From: Enoplolaimus lenunculus | Taxonomy: Eukaryota | Length of the DNA stretch: 64,000 bases | Direction: 5' to 3' | NCBI GenBank assembly: GCA_030248215.1 | Contig: JASANG010000621.1 | Location: 186,001-250,000 of the forward strand | Part shown: positions 50,553 to 64,000 of the stretch, piece by piece | Layout of the letters: each line of letters opens with the position of its first letter | Numbering within the stretch: the first letter of the stretch is position 1 | The notes under the pieces: model-generated | Told to the model about the DNA's origin: nothing | The model's database searches: none | Seen by the model: the letters and a program-made list of their open reading frames with translations, nothing else | Translations under genes and position numbers: made by a program

Positions 50553-53500
50553 TTATTGAAATGCTTGAATTCCTGTAATCGCTTTACCAAGAATCAACGC
50601 GTGTATGTCATGGGTACCTGAAACAAAATAAAAAAAACACAAACAAATACTACATGACAAACCAACATAAAGCAGTATATATTGCTAAGCTGAAGCCATT
50701 TTAAACAACAACTTTTGGACTGGGATTTTGAGATGCGACAACATCAACTATTAAGCTGAGGCAACTTTAGCTGCTTTATTGTAGTTACTAGATCAAATTC
50801 AGTGAAAACTAAACGCAACAACGCATTTGAGCTTCTTAAACTCTGTTATAGAACGCTAACTTAAGCCATGTTAAAAACTTATGCGAAAGCATGTCAATCC
50901 AAATCAGTCAATATCTAGCCTAACTCTTTTCTCTGCAACCTAGGTAATAAACTACCATGTAGGATTATGGGCGGACCGCATTTCCACTGGAAAACAATTG
51001 AGTAAACTAAAGCTTTAGACTAATTTATTAAAGGCTTATGGAAATATGTTTATACTACTGTTACGGCGCTGACTCTTCGCAGGCCTTAACAGAATAACAC
51101 AAAATCCATACGTTACCATATGATTTTCAATGTACCTTCGTATGTATTAACGCTTTCCAAATTGACCATATGCCTTATAACATGATATTCATCTGATACA
51201 CCGTTCGCACCAAGAATATCTCGACACTGGCGTGCAATATCTAACGCTTTGCCGCAATTGTTCCGTTTCATCAACGAAATCATTTCTGGTCGCAGCCTAA
51301 AATTTAACATTTCAATTTAAATTCTAAAAATACGTAAAACACCGAAACTGCAGTTATCCTGAAAAACTTACTCTAATCTTTCTTTGAGTTTGAATATAAC
51401 ACGCCACGTCATGTAAAATTATGCTTTTCCTTAGAAAAGGAGCCTACTTTTCCAGCCCCCTTTCAAGCTCAAAATAGTACACAGATTAGCAGATTTGTAG
51501 AAATATAATTCACGTCAGGTTTAACTTCTCATAAGAACTGTAATTCAATGCAGTGCCAATGTACCTGTACCGAAAAGGGATGTCTATATGCTAAACCTAG
51601 ATACGTACGTCTCTACTAAGACCCAGTATATAAAGACAGAAGTATCAGGTCCCAATAACAATCATGTTGATGAATTTTTGATTTTCAAGCGAAGATCGAA
51701 TAAATCGTACACAACCCGTCCCTGACATAAATTTGTTGCTTCAAAAAATGACTACCATATATCACAATATTTGGCCAAAGGTAGTACATTATGAACATTT
51801 ATATGACAAAAAATAATGTCACTCACACTCAACTAAATAACTGGTGACTATAATTTGTCAGAACTTCGTGATAGCATAGGTTTTAACATAAAATATAGTT
51901 CATGGACAACCAAGTTACATCGAGTTAAGAAAATTCACTGTGCTACCATTTTGCAATACAACTTTGACATAGAGTTATTATATTATATGTACGTTTCAGC
52001 GATAAATATTCGACAAACTACAGTACAGCAATAAAATATCGATTTTTGACGTAACGAAATATCCGATATAGCCATGAATGAACACACTATTACTGTTTAA
52101 AACACGGATTTGCTTGATTTTCACCATCACATATATATTTTTCAAAGTACCTGCCTTCATCTTTCAGTCTACCAATGCGAAGCGCACCCTGCAAGCCGAG
52201 AGTTATCTCTGTTAGCATATCTGCAAATTTCTTCTGAATCAGCTGGTATGACGCTAACGGTCGGTCAAACTGCTTCCTAAACTACAAAATCAGACAACAA
52301 TATACTCTTTGCCCCAATTACAGAAAACCGTATCATTCGGGAAAACAAATAGGCAAAAAAATTACAGAACTTACGTGCGCTACTCATATTTCTTTCTCAC
52401 TATAATATCACATAATTGCAGAAACTCATGTTTTCACCGTTAACCCGAATTCCAAGGTCTTTTATCTACCACAGCTACATACCAACCGCACGCTGACTTA
52501 GCACAAACATCATTTATAACATGGCAATTCGTTTATTTCACGAAAAATTAGCACAACGCCTAATTAAACTATAATCAAACCAGACATGATTACCTATCTA
52601 AGGTATATTGGCGTGTTGTTTCAAGACAAAATTCAGCTGCTCCCATAGTACCCCACGCAATACCATAACGGGCATTATTCAGGCATCCAAAAGGACCCTA
52701 AAACCAGAAATGTAATCAATTACGCGGTTAGCACGATAAAAACTCAAACAACTTACTAATTTGAGGAAACGGAATCAATTAGTGAGCTATATACCTTGCT
52801 TGATAAGAAAAACAAACGATTTTCTAATTTGACAACAAAGATAGATAGCAAAAATAATAGTCCAAACAACTTAAGTTTTTATATGTCACATATAACTTTT
52901 TATAATTTAGATGAGTTTTAGTTAAATTTTCAACCTGTTTGCATCCCAATTGCAACATAACCGACGTTAACGTAAACACCGGCCTAGCTCTACTACGCTG
53001 GCAATCATATAATTGCCCATGTTAACTTTAACTGACTGTCCACTAAGTCTGCCTAAATGTAAGCCAAACATCCCAGTCTGTAAAGGACCTCAGTCTTCTA
53101 TCTCCCAATGGGCAAGCCCCTAACATGGGTCACACATATTAATAGTTTTAACACAACTAAAATTTTACATTACGCAGTTTTTAGAATCTAAATCTTCTTT
53201 ATAACATCAATTTATAGGTCTAACACACCGCAAGGCCTGTCGCATTAGGCAGCATGTTTCTTTTTGGCACTTTAACGTTCTCCATCACAACTTGTCCTGT
53301 CGACGACGCCCTGAGACTCATTTTACCCTCAATTTTCGGTGCTGACAGTCCATCCATAGATGATTCCAAAATAAAACCACGAATGATTCCGTTGTCTGAC
53401 AAACACCGCGCCCAAACAATAAATACGTCAGCAATCGGAGAATTGCTAATCCTAAAACGTAAAATAATTTTCTGAGTTATGCGTAATAGTGTACCCTGCT

Positions 53501-56500
53501 ATTAAATTTTAATTCTCACAGAAATAAACATTATCCGACTGTAGGTTCCATCCCGGTTTCACATATTTCATAAAACCAGTAGTTGTCTGACTGGTAACAT
53601 GTGGTACACAAATTTAAGAACATACAGAAAATCTAGTTATCTCTACCTCTAACACATTTACCACATACCAGCAGTTTTATGTTTTGTACTCTGGGGTCGA
53701 AATGTGGATATCCGTCCGTCGGTCTGTCCGGCCGAAAAGAATCTCAGGAACGGCTGAACCGATTTTGATAAACTTTTTCTTGCTCGAAAGCCAATTATGC
53801 TGGTGTGTTAACCTCGAATTAGGATTTTAGATTTTTTAGGACTTCCTACATTATTTCACTAATTATTACAGTTACAAGCCATCTAATTTCAACATTAAAG
53901 AATTTTCGGGTGCGATGAATCTGAATAGATTGTTTACAAACCTCCAAAACCGATAATTGAGTAGTTAGCTAATAAGTAATTTGCATATTAGCATAGTTTA
54001 TAAGCCTAAATTAGGACTTTGTACAATATTTCACTAATTTTAGGTTAAAAGCAATCTAATTTCAGCACTAAAGGGTTTTTAGGTGCGAGGAAGTTGACTA
54101 AATTGTTTAGAAACCTCCAAAACCTTTACCTGAATAGTTAGCTAATAGCTAATTTGCATATTATCTTAATTGACAAGACAAAATTAAGACTTTTTAAATT
54201 ATTTCAATAATTCTTGGGGTTACTAAAGGTTTTTGGGTGCGAGAAATCTAAATAAATTGTTTACAAAGCTCTAAAACCGATAACTGAGTAGTTGGCTAAT
54301 AGATAATTTGCATATAAGCATAATTGATGAGCCGAAATTAGGCGTTTTTACAATATTTCACTAATTATTGGGGTTACAAGCAATCTAATTTCAGCCATAT
54401 TGGGTTTTTGGGTGCGAGGAATCTGAATAAATTGTCTACAATCCGTCGAAACCGATAATCGAATAGTTAGCTAAAAGATAATTTGCATATTGGCTCAATT
54501 CACATGACAAAACGAAGACTTTTTAAATTATTTCAATAATTATTAGGGTGGCTGAAGGGTTTTTGGGTGCGAGGAATCGGAATAAATTGTTTACTTTGCA
54601 TATAACCTTAATTGCTTATGTGTGTTCGAGCTTCGCTCAATAAATGTAGTCCCAGTACGACTGGTTTATAAGTATAACTTCAAACCAGCAGATTTTTCGA
54701 GTGGGAGGATGAACACGGGGATGTTTTTTCAGCGGGAAATTTTGCTGAGTGGAGCAGGACCCTGCCTTTCACTAGCCGAATTCCACTGCCCAAGATAGAA
54801 ATAATTACATAATACTTTCGTATATCACTTACCACGATTTTGTACCGTTCAAGATATAGCATTGCTTTTGATCATCCCACACTGCTTTCGTTTCCATCCC
54901 ACCTGGATTGCTACCGTGATTGGGTTCTGTGAGTCCAAACGCACCGACTAATTCACCCGTTGCTAAATCAGTTTACATTTTGAAGGAAGCAGCGAACAAG
55001 AATTTTAAAATGTGTCAAGTCAACCTAACGGAACTAAATGGGTAATCATGATCGAGCTTTCATGTTAGTTAAGACTGCTTAAACGGGTAGATAACACTAA
55101 TGCCAATTTCAGGAGCTTATGGTTTAAAATAATTTCTTGCACGTTAACAAAAATTGTACAAATACAAAAGTTCATATTTGTCTCGGAATGCTCACATACT
55201 CATTTTGAGCTCCGTCGCAGCCAATTTTCTATAAGTATGGCGATGAATACTCAACTTTTATAGGTTTAAACAGAACTAGTTTATATTGTCCCCAGCAAGG
55301 ATCCAACAGGAACAAAGTTTTACCGGAACAGGAACAGGAATTGAATTTCTGTACAGGAACCGGAACAGAAACACGAAGCGAATTTGAAATAATTTTCATC
55401 ACCAAATTACTGTGCACATTCTTAGAAAACTTGTCAAACAAAGTCTAAGCGAATTTCCAGCTATTTCATCATCCAGTTTCCCGAAAACTTATCAGATATG
55501 GTTTATTGACGAAATTGAAGTAATTGCAAAAACACTCGTTTCGAAATAACAAATTTTCAAAGACAAAATTTCCAATATTTAATGACTATGAATAATTTGC
55601 CAGGGAACCGTAAAAAAATTCCGGTTCCTACACCTTTGAACACAGGAACAGGAATTGAATTTTTCCATTAATTCCGGTGGAATCCTAGTCTCCGGCAGCA
55701 GTTATTGAAACCAAGTTGACTAGTAATAGTTAGAGTTGCATCCGGGTCTGGATATTCCGGGCATTTTCGCCGAAAAATTCCGGGTCCGGGTCCAGGTTTT
55801 TGCTTCATAAATTTTATATCCGTGTCCGTGTCCGGGTTTCACAATAAATCATTCCGGGTCCCGGTATTGCAAAAATACCCGGAATAAAATTCACTTAGTG
55901 ATTTTAACATCCTACGCCTGGCTTAGTGATTTTAGCATCCCGCGCCTGTATTCTGAATAGTAACTGTATCATACCTAATTAAATACATTAGTTGTACAAC
56001 CAACGCTGTGTGAAATACATTTGAAACAAAACACTGCCAACATGTCTCTTACGACACTATCGCATGTCATAGGTAATAGCAAACTGCGCCAGCTACTATT
56101 CCTCCTTTATTTATGTCATTTCTGGGATAATTAGGGAAACTGTTCTTTTTCTTGAAGTTGTCCTTGAAAAAATTAATTAAAAGCACCATTCTCAAAAATT
56201 ATAATCTTTTATATTGTTAGGATTTGAGTTTTCCCAGTTGCAATCTGTTGTTATCTGTGTTTAAATATTGTGTAATAAACTTAGGTATCGCCATCCGTAT
56301 ATCTTCAAAATAATCGGTATCGGCACCGCGAAAAAATTTTGGTATCAGCATACCCTAGTAAGGATAGTACGTTGTTTTACGATTTCCTTAAAATAAATTT
56401 TTGTAAATGACATTAGTCGCTTCATACTGCATACTGCCCATTAGTATTTTATACACTGAGCTGCTAGCATTTAGGATCATGTTCAGTTTGAAGTAATAAA

Positions 56501-58862
56501 ATTTCCGGGCCTGAGTTTGTCCGGAAAACAAATTCGAGGTACGGGTCCGGGTTTGCATTCTTAAGAATTCCGGTTCCGGGCTGGGGTTTCCTTCTAGAAA
56601 AATCCGAGTCAGAGGTCTTCTTTAAGAAAACTTCGGGTCCGTGTGGGTCCGGATCCGAGTATTTATTGTTAAATGTTGCAACTCTAGTATTAGTAATCTG
56701 CGACTTACCTAATGCAGGAATGTATTTTTCCTTTTGAGCATCGGACCCGTACGCATAAATTGGCCACATAACTAGCGATGACTGAACGCTCATTGCCGAC
56801 CGGTAACCACTGTCTACTCTAAGTATAATATAACAAATCTAATTTTCAACTATTCACAATTGTTTCTGCACATATGCCACACCGCGATTGGAAGTAACAG
56901 GTATATTCCTAACTGCATGTACCATCCATAAAAGTGAACTGCGCTAGCTGCAGATTTCAAAATCTTAGCAAATTTTGAACAAACCACATTTATATAAACA
57001 TGCGAGAAATGAGCCAAATTTTCAATACTCACCATTTGCATTAACAAATTTGAAAGTTACAACACCAACAATAACTAACTGGCGACAAGTCCAACGCAAC
57101 GCAAATTTGAATAACCATGCTACCTTCAAAAACAAAGGAAGTGGGGCTACTTCCTGGTACATTTGCTATATTTTTCACTTGATAGTTTAAAACGGTGTCT
57201 CAGTTTATTAAAAATATAAAAGAGAAATGCAGTTTATGCAGTCCTAACCTTTCTATTTCTCGAGTAATAAGTCCATACGTTACAGATGAAGCACCGGCAC
57301 ATCCGTAGCCTTTGATTGTCGGTCCCAAGACACCTAAGGCGCCAAGTTCCCGCAGAATGTTACGATCAAAATCTAAAACCCAACAACAATAAATATTGAC
57401 CGATGCTCAAATACTTGCCATACACTGATTAGACTATGATGCTTTGACCATTTTCTGTGCATGCGGCTAAAAATGATTGGCGTAGAGGTTTCGATCCAGT
57501 GAGCAACAAATTCTCTGACCAGCGTAGCTAACACAGCCAAGTTGCCTTTTAATCAGTTGCCGAGTTTTGAAGGTTTAATGCCTTATAAAAATTTCAACAT
57601 TTACTACATGTATCATGGATCTGCCATTATTAGTTACTGGTTCTGCATATGAAAGGACCAGCATTTGCAGCGCCAACGTGAGGTTTATTGGACTCCATGC
57701 ATCCGTTTTTAGATTGAATGCCAAATCACTACTCAATTGAAATTCGATGTAAATGTTAGGCGACCCAGCTCTGGTTCAATCATACGGCTGTTTCAACGTT
57801 TATTCCCACCAGATTGCCAATATACTTTTCCTTTGTTAGTAAAATCCCAGCTGTTCAACTACGCTGCGACTAAATTGGGTTTCTACGAGCCACATGCGCA
57901 GATAACAATACTCCGCAAAAGGTAATAAACCGCTGCATCAGCTATTTGCTCACATAGAGACTCCGTGACAATGTTCAACTATGTAACATGAATTATGATT
58001 TATGAGGGCTGGCTACCACAGCCTCCATAAATGTCTAATTTGCATACTTTTGTTGCTTTTGAGAGCCACAAAACCAACACAAACAGAACCGACATCTTTG
58101 TAATAAACTACACAACAACATATGTTAGCACCATTTGCCATAGCTAAGTGATTACGCATGAAAAGCCTGAGAAATTTGCAATAATAATATTTAGTGGCCA
58201 TGCACAGCCCAAGTGTAAGTTTACATTGCGGCTCAGCCACCATGCATATATTTTAAACTTGAGTTTTAAGACAGACTAGGTAGAGCCAAGGTTTCCGTTT
58301 AAGGTGCGGCATAAGGTTTAGCTTTAGATTTTAGTTTGAAATGTATATTGCATGTATAGCAGAGCCACGAATGTTCACAACACTGATCTTACATTCAGTT
58401 CGATTTGCTTCTAAAACACGAGGCATCAACTTCTGTTCGCAGAACCCACGGACTTGATCACGAACAACGCATTCATCGTCGTGAAGCTGTGTATCAAGTT
58501 CAAATGCGTCACGAAAATTAAACCCTACAAGTAGACAGTAAAAGCTATGCAAAGTATTGAATCTTACTGGACACATGCCAGCAAGAAAAAGCGGTTACGT
58601 AAACATTTTTGTTTGCGTGAAAAAATCGAGAACAAATATGCATGTGATTAATTTTTTTCAGACTCGATTACGTATAGTGCTATCTTATTAATGTTCAAAA
58701 CGAATCAACGGATCATCAATGATCTCTAAACCTTAAAAACACATTATTTAAGCTATACGATCTCAATAGATACGTACCCCCTGAGGAAAACAACCGTTTT
58801 GTAAGGCAGTTTCGACACACATTACTAAAAAACCGTTGGCTACATTTCTGATAAATAGTCAT
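50553..58862 (-). CDS. GCDH: Glutaryl-CoA dehydrogenase, mitochondrial (10 exons, 419 aa)
   Basis: Phase-consistent exons 58862-58778, 58524-58393, 57372-57249, 56818-56709, 54962-54833, 53451-53229, 52697-52594, 52276-52151, 51296-51136 and 50617-50553. Motifs [85 protein letters not shown]. Confidence 0.96.
53664..54670 (+). mobile_element. DINE-1/HINE-like (Helentron-associated) element with central tandem repeats, in GCDH intron 5
   Basis: 5' ATACCAG, CCGTCCGTCGGTCTGTCC microsatellite, ATCTCAGGAACGGCTGAACCGATTTTG block, ~5 tandem units, GAGC-TTC-GCTC hairpin, and 3' CCCAGTACGACTGGTTTATA. Confidence 0.6.
55731..56686. mobile_element. hAT-like non-autonomous element in GCDH intron 4
   Basis: TAGAGTTGCA...TGCAACTCTA termini; flanks GTAATAGT and GTATTAGT (7/8 TSD); CCGGGT subterminal repeats. 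Confidence 0.72.
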
Positions 58863-60299
58863 TATATAGTACCTGCAACTTTGTCAACTGAGACTGTCTA
58901 AAACACACAACTCTGAAGTGGAGGATACGGTCATTTATAAACTAACAGAATGTCACAGGTACCACAGTTTTCAGACATAATTGGCAATACTTTAAGTACT
59001 ATCTGCCAACGTGTTCCAGCTTTGCTTATTGATTGAACTAGCAATGTTATTTCCGGTGTACTTCGTTTTCAAACACCAACAATAGCTTAGTTTACAGCCG
59101 TTTTCACGTTCTAACTCGCGGAGCCAGCCCAGAATGATGTTTTGTCTCATGTGGATTCGACGGTAACTCATAAAGCAGGGATCTACGTAACTAGTACGAA
59201 ACTGTGAGATATACGGCTACGTGTATGCAATCATTCTTTGACAGCAATTGTTTGTAACCAACGCCAATGTTTCGTTATGTCCAAATTATAACGTGAATCA
59301 CGCATATTAATCGACAACACCACCAACCATCTGCGTGAAATTGAAATGCCCGAAAAACACCATTAATCCTAAAGACGATTTCCGCTCACTGACTCAGAAA
59401 CATCAAACCGGCGGTGGTTGATATGTATTCATTTATTGATACATATAATGGTATTTAGCTGTGAGTTGTAGAATACGCAAATCAAGCTCATCAATTTAAA
59501 CATTTTGAAAGAAGAAAGTTTTACTTGGCTAGATTGTTATTTTTTCCGTGTAGTAGTTCAGAAATAAATAGTTCAGCGAAGAAAGTGTTTTCATAAACCA
59601 TCAGGAAATAGGTGTTAAAGCCAGTGTGTGACCGGATATTCATTTACCGGTTACGGATATTGTATTTTTTACCGCAACAGAAACCGGATATCGGATATTG
59701 GCTGGGTTTCTGAAATTTGATATGTTACAAATTTACCGTACAGCCATGCTAATCTTGGTCTAATTGAAGTTGCAGACTCACGGTGCCTTCTTAATATAAA
59801 GCAAAAGTTGTACTTCCTTGTTATGACAGTGGCGCACATCTGTGGTTTATTTGTTTTTGCTGAAAAAGTTAAGCATTTATTTAAGTTGGCGACATAAGTA
59901 GTTACTTAAGTATAACTTAAGTAAGTCAGAAACCCAGCCATTGTATGTGTTAAAATAATATATTTTTCTCTGTATTTCGAGCGTGCTCAAGGTTTCTGTC
60001 TGTTGTAAAGTTCATAATTGCTGCATAAACTAAAATTATTTGATGCAAAATGCGTTTAACCAATTGTAAAAAGCAGTTTTATCATATTCGGCACCACAAC
60101 TGTAAATATCGGATATCTGGTAGGTTTCGGAAACTGGAAACAGACACATATATCAGTTTTTGCCGGATATTAAACCTGAACGGGATATTCGTTCGCGCCC
60201 TGTCTAAAGCCTGACATCAATATTTCAGTAGCATGTATAAAATAACAAAAATATCAAGACTTTTATCTGCATTAGATTTGACGAGTTCATTAGTAAGTG

Positions 60300-61895
60300 T
60301 GACGACATGAGGATGCATGGAGGGAAGTACAAATTCATGCTCGTGCAGCATATTTATAAAACGCTGATGCATATGTAGTGCGTTTATAGATGTAAAGTTA
60401 TGGAAGAATTAAGATACGCGAGTGTACTTACGAGGTTCTTATAAGGCATGTAAACTAGAGAGATGTTAGTAGACATGGTTTGGGATTGCTAGAGGACTGG
60501 GCGAGTTCATCCAATTCCAGTCGTAGAAAGGGGTACGAGTCTTCGATTTAATACTTTGAAACCCGTGGAACTCGCTGACAATAACGAGCTTTAGTTAAGG
60601 TTTAATACAGAATTTTAGTAACAAGTAATATGAATGAAATGCATGAAAACACAATACAACTTACGCGTACCAAGTTAAGCCTAATCAGAAACTAATCTCC
60701 ACAATTAAAATTCAAAGAAACACACCTCAGAAAACTGATCTTCATTTTTGCAAGTTAGCAATCATAATAATTCATGAAATAATGAATCACAAGAAGAACA
60801 CAGCAAAACAAAAACATATTATAGGAAAAGGTATTACAACAACAACAACTAGTTTTCCATATCAAAACACGTATTTTGTGGTTCTCATCCTAATGTCGTA
60901 AGAGTGTAATATTTAGATTTTTCTCTTTAATCCTGGATAATTAGGTTTTCCTCCCAGAAACTAAAACCAGTGCGTGTTTTTTGGGAAATGAATCCCGAAT
61001 TCTATTATGATTAGAAATATTTCTAAGTCTTCGGGTACGTCATACCCGTGTTTGTCACCACGGGTATGAAGCAGTGACTGGGACCGCTCACAAGGCATAA
61101 AAACAGAAAACTGCAGTTTATTACGAGGCGGATTGGCTCAGTTTTACCGCGCTAGACTAGCAATCTGCCGGCCATGGGTCATGAGATCAAAACTTTGTAA
61201 GAACGCCACTCATTTTCAGCTGCAAAGGCTTGTGTACGACGGTTTTCATTTCTGGGTTCATGTAGCTGAAAATAAGGGTCGTTCTCACGGGTTTTCGATC
61301 CCATGACCGAAGATTCTCAGTCCAACGTGCGACCTCTGATCCACGCCGTCTCACACTCAAGCTGCACTACATATGCATCAGTGTTTTAACCGAAGTGCAG
61401 CATCTGCATGAGATTTCATTTTGCTTCATGCATCCGCATGTCACATCCACCGTTTTTTCATCAAGTTCGTTCCTATTCCGCCAACTTAGGTTTTTGTTCC
61501 TTGAGCGCCAACTTAGGTTTTCGTTCTAGCGCGGCCGCTTGCCATGGCGCACCCAACTTGTCACCATGTAATAAGTTGGGTAGACTAGGGTACGATAGTT
61601 TTTAGTTATGAGTTCTTGAAGCTGAAAATAAAAGGGGCGGTCTTACGAAGTTTCTATCCGATAACCGACAGATTCTCAGTTGCACGCGCTACCACTGACC
61701 GTGCCGCCTCACACTCAAGCTGTTGAGTTTTCTGGTTTTTGTCTTATAAGAACCTCAAGATTACACTCATGTATCTTTTTTCTTCCATGTTTACTGCTGC
61801 TGCATATGAAGGCACTACATGTTCATCAGTGTTTTAACCGCTATGCAGCATCAGCATGAGGTTTCATTTTGCCTTAATGCATCCGCATGTTACAT
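60300..61895. repeat. Cluster of direct and inverted copies of a repeat with a tRNA-like (SINE-like) core
   Basis: 61262-61445 and ~61618-61895 are direct copies; ~60300-60450 and ~61090-61225 are their inverse. Minus-strand core GGCGTGGATCAGAGG...GGGATCGAAAACCC resembles pol III A/B boxes. Confidence 0.55.
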
Positions 61896-61968
61896 AATCC
61901 TTACCAATTTGTGAATTATTCTGTTCTAACCATCAGTTAGAACCCATATATACTCAAATGCATATAGC

Positions 61969-62341
61969 CAGGGTGCAACCGGAATTCCGGTTCCGGCATT
62001 TTTTCACCTTCCGGTTCCGGTAAATTTTTACCGGATTTAAAAATTCCGGTGTTATAATTTGGCCGTTTTCTTAACTTTGCTAATTTTTAAGAATCTCTTT
62101 TGAAAGCCACTTGTACTCAGAATATAAGCCGTTGATGGTGGATTTCACTTCAGTCGACGACGAAAATCTAAAATACAACAAATAAAATAAATACCTATGT
62201 TCGACTAAGGTTGTTTCACAAATAATAGAGCAAAAAATACTATTAAAATGAAATTTTTGGTGAAATGCATTTTTCATTTTCCGGTTCCGGTAAAATTTTC
62301 AAATTCCGGTTCCGGTAAATTGTAATTCCGGTTGCACCCTG
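61969..62341. mobile_element. hAT-like MITE with perfect 8-bp TSD
   Basis: CAGGGTGCAACCGGAATT...AATTCCGGTTGCACCCTG flanked by CATATAGC on both sides; related partial copy from ~63000. Confidence 0.85.
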
Positions 62342-62720
62342 CATATAGCATGTATTACCAGTTAGGGGTACGTTTTCAAGCTGATGAACTCCTGCAGTTT
62401 AACATCTCATACTTAGCATAAAAGTCGGACAAATCCAATACGTATTGCATAAATCCGAATGTCGAACCTCGTTACTCACTGGTTCTAAAGATACAGGACC
62501 TTGCTGATAAGTTGGCGAATTAAAAAAATTGATGCTTGATTGTGTAAAACCTTAAAAAATTTGCGCGTACGAATTGTTTCGCAAAATACGTATTAGCATA
62601 GTATTAAAAAGGATTTCAAACAAATACGGTAATTTTTGTACAAAAAAGCACAATTTCGTTTACTTTATGCCTAATTTTATTCAACTTTCTGAATTCTTTT
62701 TCGACAATTTATTTTTTCAG

Positions 62721-63447
62721 ACATGTCGCACTGCTGTTACAGCGTCATCTCCACGAATGAAAAAGTTTGAAATTTATAGATGGGTAAGTACCTACTTATT
62801 ATGGATGTTCTGGACTTTTTAGAATCAGGTATACGAGAGATTACACATCGTTTTCAATCATATTTTACCAATAAATTTGTATAGATACTTATTTGTATAT
62901 TTTACGTTGTGAAATTATTACAAATTTTTATCTATATTTTCGACTTCCTCTATTTTGACCTCCCAGCATTTGTTAATGTGATAACAGTTAAGTCACGCAC
63001 AGGGTGCAACCATAATTGCAATTTGCCGGAACGGAATTTGATAAAATTACCGGAAACGGAACCTGAAACTGAAAAAACATGCCACCGAAGAACAACCGGA
63101 ATTCCGGTTCCGGCATTTTTGACCTTCGGGTTCCGGTAAATTTTTACCGCGGTATTTAATTTTTGTCGGCGAAAATTAAGATATGTTACTAAAAAATGAC
63201 AATAAAATTAAATAGATTAAACTAGTAAAGTATATAAACATTGACAATCGTCTAAAATAAACCATCGAAAATAGATTACGCTTCTAGGGATTATGGAAAT
63301 CTAAAATACAAGAGATAAAGTGAATACTTATCTCCAACTAGAGTTATTTCATAAATAATATTGCAAAAAATAAAACTAAAATTAATTTTTCGGTGGCATG
63401 TATTTTCATTGTCCCGTTCTGGTTTCATTTTTGGTAATATATATATA

Positions 63448-63514
<67 letters not shown>

Positions 63515-63580
63515 TTTTTAGAATCCTGAAACTCCACAAGTGAAGCCGAAACTACAAACTTATGAAGTCGACCTGAACGA
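62721..63580 (+). CDS. SDHB: Succinate dehydrogenase iron-sulfur subunit, two 5' exons (partial; first exon not identified, gene continues past the window)
   Basis: Exon 62721-62783 TCRTAVTASSPRMKKFEIYRW and exon 63522-63580 NPETPQVKPKLQTYEVDLN(E) match the SDHB N-terminal motif KKFxIYRWxP...QTYEVDLN. Confidence 0.88.
63437..63512. repeat. (AT)n microsatellite just upstream of an SDHB acceptor
   Basis: Directly visible AT dinucleotide run with one interruption. Confidence 0.95.
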
Positions 63581-64000
63581 GTGCGTAAATATTTTAAGCA
63601 TCCAAGATATTATAGTGTTGCGCCTTAGTCTGAATTTTCGATATCTGGTGTGATTTTTATGTCTTTTACAGTAGTTCAAATTTGGCCTCAGTGGTATAAG
63701 GCAACTTAACCTGTAGGCCCAGGGGCAAAAGCTTGGAAGCGGTAGCATTTTTTACATAATGTAATTTATAACCAGCGAATGCACAAAGGGATATTTGTTT
63801 CCAATACGTGATGGAGCTTCGGATAACTTACAACTGCGTTTGTTGCTTAGTCTCAAGCTTAGGGTTAACTGGTCGGCATTGAATATCCTAAGCTTGCGAC
63901 CAAGCAGAAACGCGGCTGACGCAGTTCGTGGTCAAGTGGATTAAAACGAACGGACAAGCAGTCTGTGTGAGATCTGAAAGAAGAAAATAACAAAATCAAA

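Noticed and set aside
63291..63543. IYIYIY ORFs
   Set aside because: Translations of the (AT)n microsatellite.

Overview
AT-rich, intron-containing eukaryotic genomic DNA, most likely a nematode (TTAGGC telomere-type repeats, TTTCAG acceptors, two oig-4 homologues). Hand-spliced host genes: two convergent oig-4 paralogues flanking a secreted Cys-repeat (MIG-18-like) gene; a ketohexokinase-like gene with an intact ORF but substituted catalytic residues; a signal-peptide-bearing, bacterial-looking PhyH-family 2OG-Fe(II) dioxygenase; a decayed GT92 glycosyltransferase; a probable two-exon small acidic secreted protein; a 10-exon glutaryl-CoA dehydrogenase; and two 5' exons of SDHB. The main mobile element is a full-length but frameshifted BEL/Pao LTR retrotransposon (40105-47592, minus strand, 5-bp TSD) inserted in a 555-bp higher-order satellite. 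Where an env gene would sit it carries an SGNH/GDSL hydrolase ORF, with splice signals suggesting an env-style subgenomic RNA. Many MITEs are present, including a TIR-bounded family carrying TTAGGC arrays. All protein family calls come from manual translation and remembered motifs; no searches were run.
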